A stretch of DNA of 64,000 nucleotides, taken from an uncultured beta proteobacterium (GTDB lineage: Bacteria > Pseudomonadota > Gammaproteobacteria > Burkholderiales > Gallionellaceae). The stretch is from NCBI GenBank assembly GCA_963721755.1, contig CAVRKV010000008.1, positions 147,453 to 211,452 of the forward strand, given 5' to 3'. The position numbers were made by a program, and so were the translations under genes. The notes beneath the pieces were generated by a model. The model made no database searches. It was not told the origin of the DNA and saw nothing but the letters and a program-made list of their open reading frames with translations. This document shows, in pieces, positions 59,937 through 64,000 of this stretch (position 1 is the first letter of the stretch; each line of letters starts with the position of its first letter).

Positions 59937-60634
59937 GCGACCCAAAAATCATCATCGCGCTTGATTACCCGGAAGCCAGGCCCGCACTGGTTTTGGCGGA
60001 TAAATTGCAGCCCTCTTTGTGCCGCCTGAAAGTCGGCAAGGAATTATTTACCGCCACCGGCCCGGCCTTGATCGAGCAATTGATGAAGCGCGGTTTTGAA
60101 GTTTTCCTCGATCTGAAATTTCACGATATTCCCAACACCACCGCACAGGCCTGCAAAGCGGCGGCCGGCTTGGGAGTGTGGATGGTTAACGTGCATGCGC
60201 TGGGCGGACGCAAGATGCTGGATGCTGCGCGCGAAGCGATTGCCAACAATGCGCGGCGGCCCAAATTGATCGCCGTCACCCTGCTCACCAGCATGGCGCA
60301 GGATGATCTCGCCGATATCGGTATCAATGCGACGCCTGTTCAAATGGTGCTGCGTCTGACAACCCTGGCACGCGACTGCGGGCTGGATGGCGTTGTATGT
60401 TCTGCACAGGAAGCAGCGCTGTTGCGCAAACATTGCGGCAACGATTTTTGCCTTGTGACCCCGGGCATCCGGCCTGCACATGCCAATCTCGACGACCAAT
60501 CGCGGGTGATGACTCCGCAAGCCGCTATGCAGGCGGGTTCCAGTTATCTGGTGATAGGCCGCCCGATCACGCAGGCGGCAGATCCTTTGCAGGCTTTGCT
60601 TGACATCAGCAAAGAGATTGGAGTGATGCAATGA
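59933..60634 (+). CDS. pyrF: Orotidine 5'-phosphate decarboxylase
   Basis: From the ATG at 59933 (ATGA overlap with lapB): [20 protein letters not shown], and VIGRPIT motifs. Confidence 0.95.
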   Translation: MSDPKIIIALDYPEARPALVLADKLQPSLCRLKVGKELFTATGPALIEQLMKRGFEVFLDLKFHDIPNTTAQACKAAAGLGVWMVNVHALGGRKMLDAAREAIANNARRPKLIAVTLLTSMAQDDLADIGINATPVQMVLRLTTLARDCGLDGVVCSAQEAALLRKHCGNDFCLVTPGIRPAHANLDDQSRVMTPQAAMQAGSSYLVIGRPITQAADPLQALLDISKEIGVMQ

Positions 60635-60656
60635 ATCAGGAATGCGAAAGGCGGGC

Positions 60657-61610
60657 ATGACTATGTTGCCAAAATTCGAAAACGCGAAAGTGCTGGTGGT
60701 TGGCGATGTGATGCTGGATCGCTACTGGTTCGGCGACGTAAACCGCATCTCGCCGGAAGCCCCGGTGCCGGTGCTCAAGGTGGAACGTGTGGAAGAACGG
60801 CCGGGCGGTGCGGCCAACGTGGCGCGCAATATCGCGGCACTCGGCGCGCAAGCTACCTTGCTGTCGGTGGTGGGCGATGACGAAGCGGGCGCGTGTCTGG
60901 AGAAATTGCTCAATGAGCACAGCAACCTCAACGCGCTGCTGCACCGCGATAACAGCATCTCCACAATCATCAAGCTGCGTGCCATTGCGCGTCATCAGCA
61001 GTTGCTGCGCATCGATTTTGAAACTCCGCCCAGCCACGAAGTGCTGCATACTGCATTGGAAGATTTTCGTGCGCAATTGCCGCGCGCCGATGTGGTGATC
61101 CTTTCCGATTACGGCAAGGGCGGGCTGGCGCATATCGGCGAGATGATGAAGCTGGCACGTGCTGCAGGCAAGCCGGTGCTGGTCGATCCCAAGGGCGACG
61201 ATTACGCCCGCTATCGCGGTGCGACCCTGCTCACGCCGAACCGCAGCGAGTTCCGCGAAGTGGCGGGCAGTTGGAAAAACGAAGCGGAGCTCAGCGCCAA
61301 AGCGGAAAAACTGCGCACGGAACTGCAACTGGACGCGCTGCTGGTCACGCGCAGCGAGGATGGTATGAGCCTGTATCGTGCCAACGAAATATTGCACGAA
61401 CCGACCCAATCGCGTGAAGTGTTCGATGTCAGCGGTGCGGGCGATACCGTGATTGCGACACTGGCAGTGATGCTGGCGAGTGGCGCAGGTTTGCCCGATG
61501 CCGTGCGTGTCGCCAATCGGGCGGCGGGTATCGTGGTGGGCAAGTTGGGGACGGCTGTGGTAAGCCGCGAAGAAATCATTCAGGATATGAGATTAACGGC
61601 AGAAGGTTAA
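60657..61610 (+). CDS. hldA: D-glycero-beta-D-manno-heptose-7-phosphate kinase (RfaE domain I only)
   Basis: Collinear with the N-terminal kinase half of E. coli HldE (VLVVGDVMLDRYW.G...RISPEAPVPV, DVSGAGDTVIATLA). No adenylyltransferase half is present. The start is chosen by N-terminal alignment. Confidence 0.9.
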   Translation: MTMLPKFENAKVLVVGDVMLDRYWFGDVNRISPEAPVPVLKVERVEERPGGAANVARNIAALGAQATLLSVVGDDEAGACLEKLLNEHSNLNALLHRDNSISTIIKLRAIARHQQLLRIDFETPPSHEVLHTALEDFRAQLPRADVVILSDYGKGGLAHIGEMMKLARAAGKPVLVDPKGDDYARYRGATLLTPNRSEFREVAGSWKNEAELSAKAEKLRTELQLDALLVTRSEDGMSLYRANEILHEPTQSREVFDVSGAGDTVIATLAVMLASGAGLPDAVRVANRAAGIVVGKLGTAVVSREEIIQDMRLTAEG

Positions 61611-61652
61611 GGTTCAAGGTTCAAGGGCGAGCGAGTTATTTCTTGCACCTTG
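61603..61652. repeat. Tandem AAGGTT(C) units forming a hairpin over the hldA stop codon
   Basis: AAGGTT AAGGTTC AAGGTTC AAGGG. CAAGGTTCAAG (61615-61625) pairs with CTTGCACCTTG (61642-61652) at 10 of 11 positions. Confidence 0.55.
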
Positions 61653-61690
61653 CCTCTGTTCCTTACACCTGAAAATGTGAGGAGAAAGCA

Positions 61691-62689
61691 ATGTACTACA
61701 TCGTCACCGGCGCAGCCGGATTTATCGGATCCAATCTGGTTAAGGCACTCAACAAACGCGGTGAAAATAACATCATTGCTGTTGATAATTTCAAGCACGC
61801 AGAGAAGTTCAAGAATCTGGTGGACTGTGAAATCGCCGATTACTTAGACAAAGTTGACTTCCTGAAAAAGCTGCAGGAAGGTTTTTTCGATGGTTTGGTC
61901 ACCGCAGTGCTGCATCAGGGCGCTTGTTCCGACACCATGGAAACGGACGGGCGTTACATGATGGAGAACAATTACCAGTACACCCTGGAATTGCTGAATT
62001 ACTGCCAGATCGAAGAGATACCGTTCCTGTACGCTTCTTCCGCGTCGGTTTATGGAGGCAGCAGCGTGTTCAAGGAAAGCCGTGAATATGAAGCCCCGCT
62101 CAACGTGTATGCCTATTCCAAATTCCTGTTCGACCAGATCGTGCGCCGCCGCTGGCACAAGCGCAGCGCGCAAATAGTCGGATTGCGCTACTTCAACGTT
62201 TACGGCCCGCGCGAACAGCATAAGGGGCGCATGGCCTCGGTCGCCTATCATTTTTTCAACCAGTATCAGTCAGACGGGAAAGTGAAATTGTTTGAAGGCT
62301 GCGATGGCTACGCCAACGGCGGACAGTTGCGCGACTTCGTCTCAATCGAAGATGTGGTCAAAGTTAACATGTATTTTCTCGACCACCCGAACAAGTCCGG
62401 CATCTTCAACCTGGGCACGGGGAAGGCGCAAAGCTTCAACGACGTGGCGGTGGCGACCATCAACACCCTGCGTACCGCCGAGGGTAAGCCTGCGTTAAGC
62501 CTGGCCGAGTTGCAACAGCAAGGACTGATCGGCTACATCCCATTCCCGGACCAGCTGCGCGGCAAATATCAGAGCTATACGCAGGCCGACATCGGTGCGC
62601 TGCTCAGCAGCGGTTATATCGAACCGTTCCTCAGCGTGGAGCAAGGCGTGGCTAGCTACGTGGAGCAGTTGAGGAAGGCTGCCGGATAG
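61691..62689 (+). CDS. hldD: ADP-L-glycero-D-manno-heptose 6-epimerase
   Basis: [17 protein letters not shown] Rossmann motif, the YAYSK catalytic motif, and the [11 protein letters not shown] block. Confidence 0.95.
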   Translation: MYYIVTGAAGFIGSNLVKALNKRGENNIIAVDNFKHAEKFKNLVDCEIADYLDKVDFLKKLQEGFFDGLVTAVLHQGACSDTMETDGRYMMENNYQYTLELLNYCQIEEIPFLYASSASVYGGSSVFKESREYEAPLNVYAYSKFLFDQIVRRRWHKRSAQIVGLRYFNVYGPREQHKGRMASVAYHFFNQYQSDGKVKLFEGCDGYANGGQLRDFVSIEDVVKVNMYFLDHPNKSGIFNLGTGKAQSFNDVAVATINTLRTAEGKPALSLAELQQQGLIGYIPFPDQLRGKYQSYTQADIGALLSSGYIEPFLSVEQGVASYVEQLRKAAG

Positions 62690-62721
62690 ATTCACTTGTT
62701 TTGTCAAAGCAGATAACCAGC

Positions 62722-63609
62722 ATGTACCCATCCATAGAAAACTTCGTCGGCAACACACCGCTGGTGCGGCTGAAGCGCATTCCGGGCGGCACAAGCAATG
62801 TGTTGCTCGCCAAGCTGGAAGGAAATAATCCTGCCGGTTCGGTCAAGGACAGGCCCGCGCTGTCTATGATCGTTCACGCCGAGCAGCGCGGTGAGATCAA
62901 GCCGGGTGATACCCTGATCGAGGCGACCAGCGGCAATACCGGCATCGCGCTGGCAATGGCGGCGGCGATGCGCGGCTACAAGATGGTTTTGGTGATGCCG
63001 GAGAATCAGAGCATGGAGCGCCGCCAGACCATGCGTGCTTTCGGTGCGGAACTGCTGTTGACGGCCAAGGAAGGCAGCATGGAGTTGGCGCGCGACACGG
63101 CGGAGAAACTGCGCGACCAGGGCAAAGGCATCCTCCTCGATCAGTTCGCCAACCCCGACAATCCGCTGGCGCACTACGAAGGCACAGCCCCGGAGATATG
63201 GCGTGATACCAACGGCAAGCTCACCCACTTCATCAGCAGCATGGGCACGACCGGCACCATCATGGGTTGCTCGCGTTACTTCAAGGAAAAGAATCGTGCC
63301 ATCCAGATCATCGGTGTGCAGCCGGAAGAGGGCGCGCAGATACCGGGAATCCGCAAATGGCCGCAAGCCTATTTGCCTAAGATTTATGACGGAAAATATG
63401 TGGATAGGCTGGAGTATGTCAGCCAGCAGGATGCCGAGGAGATGACGCTCCGTCTGGCGCGCGAGGAGGGGATTTTCTGCGGGATTTCATCCGGGGGGGC
63501 GCTAGCCGTGGCATTGCGCGTTTCAAAACATGTTGAGAATGCGGTGATCGCGTTCATGGTGTGTGACCGCGGCGACCGCTATCTCTCTATGGGGGTTTTC
63601 CCCGCTTGA
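62722..63609 (+). CDS. cysM: Cysteine synthase B
   Basis: From the ATG at 62722: IGNTPLVRL..LEGNNPAGSVKDRPALSMI (PLP lysine) and TSGNTGIALAM. About 295 aa, CysM-like. Confidence 0.9.
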   Translation: MYPSIENFVGNTPLVRLKRIPGGTSNVLLAKLEGNNPAGSVKDRPALSMIVHAEQRGEIKPGDTLIEATSGNTGIALAMAAAMRGYKMVLVMPENQSMERRQTMRAFGAELLLTAKEGSMELARDTAEKLRDQGKGILLDQFANPDNPLAHYEGTAPEIWRDTNGKLTHFISSMGTTGTIMGCSRYFKEKNRAIQIIGVQPEEGAQIPGIRKWPQAYLPKIYDGKYVDRLEYVSQQDAEEMTLRLAREEGIFCGISSGGALAVALRVSKHVENAVIAFMVCDRGDRYLSMGVFPA

Positions 63610-63676
63610 CAGGGCTGAACACGCTTTATGCAAATAGAATCATGCACAGAAGAATTGATACGTCGATAGCCTGTTG

Positions 63677-64000
63677 ATGAGAAAAGAGACGTTTCACCGT
63701 GCTGGCGATATCGTCAGGTTATGGATGTTTTCCATGGCTGTCCAAATTTCGACCAGTGCAAATGCCATAGGGCTGGATGGCATGCAAGCAAACGGAAGCG
63801 GGCTTCTCGCAGTGCGGACAGTGCTGCTTGCAACTGCCGGGCAAGCGGAAGATTCACCGGGTTCTGATAAAGCAGAATTCTGGCCGGACTCCCCGGATAG
63901 CATTGCTGCATTCAGGCAAAAAAGGACGAAATCATCCAGAATCAAAATACCGCTTGCACGTGGTTTAAAACAAGGAGAACGCTTACCGGATTCAGCGCCG
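63677..64000 (+). CDS. Open-ended ORF running off the right edge (function unknown)
   Basis: Hand-translated 108 codons without a stop from the ATG at 63677 (MRKETFHRAGDIVRLWMFSMAVQISTSANAIGLDG...). It is absent from the ORF track because it has no stop in the window. No family recognised. Confidence 0.3.
   Translation, partial: MRKETFHRAGDIVRLWMFSMAVQISTSANAIGLDGMQANGSGLLAVRTVLLATAGQAEDSPGSDKAEFWPDSPDSIAAFRQKRTKSSRIKIPLARGLKQGERLPDSAP

Overview
This is a 64-kb chromosomal segment from a high-GC Gram-negative bacterium. Two syntenic blocks (exbB-exbD-lpxK-ycaR-kdsB-adk, and aroA/cmk-rpsA-ihfB-lapA-lapB-pyrF-hldA-hldD-cysM) suggest a beta- or gamma-proteobacterium; the species cannot be determined from the sequence alone. 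Most of the window is housekeeping: queD; a MoxR-DUF58-transglutaminase operon; alaA-hom-thrC; glcDEF plus a class V aminotransferase; trxC; nadC; the H+-pyrophosphatase gene hppA; xseA; kdpFABC, corA and kdpDE; and LPS core genes. The left 5.2 kb is different. It is the integrase-proximal end of an integrative island at tRNA-Ser(UGA), visibly AT-richer than the backbone. It carries three tightly packed same-strand genes: a Dam-family m6A methylase (cut by the window edge), a HerA-like P-loop ATPase, and a NurA-like nuclease with an inserted Cys4 zinc ribbon. This methylase-HerA-NurA trio is my main candidate for an undescribed restriction-like or anti-phage system. Secondary observations:
- A hicBA toxin-antitoxin pair is nested inside the MoxR operon.
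- The kdp locus is split by corA and three small ORFs, one of them P-II-like and flanked by inverted repeats.
- A repeat module is shared between the kdpB-kdpC spacer and the region upstream of the P-II-like gene.
- An unannotated 30-codon ORF is translationally coupled to kdpF.
- The AroA domain of an AroA-Cmk fusion carries an in-frame low-complexity insertion.
- A Slam-like outer-membrane protein is paired with a FecR-domain protein.
- There is a candidate sRNA with a C/U-rich loop, a DnaA-box cluster, an inverted-repeat-bounded element of about 180 nt, and several families of GC-rich hairpin (REP-like) repeats.

I saw no rRNA genes, CRISPR arrays or transposases. All family assignments come from motif recognition by eye and from alignment to sequences I remember, not from database searches.
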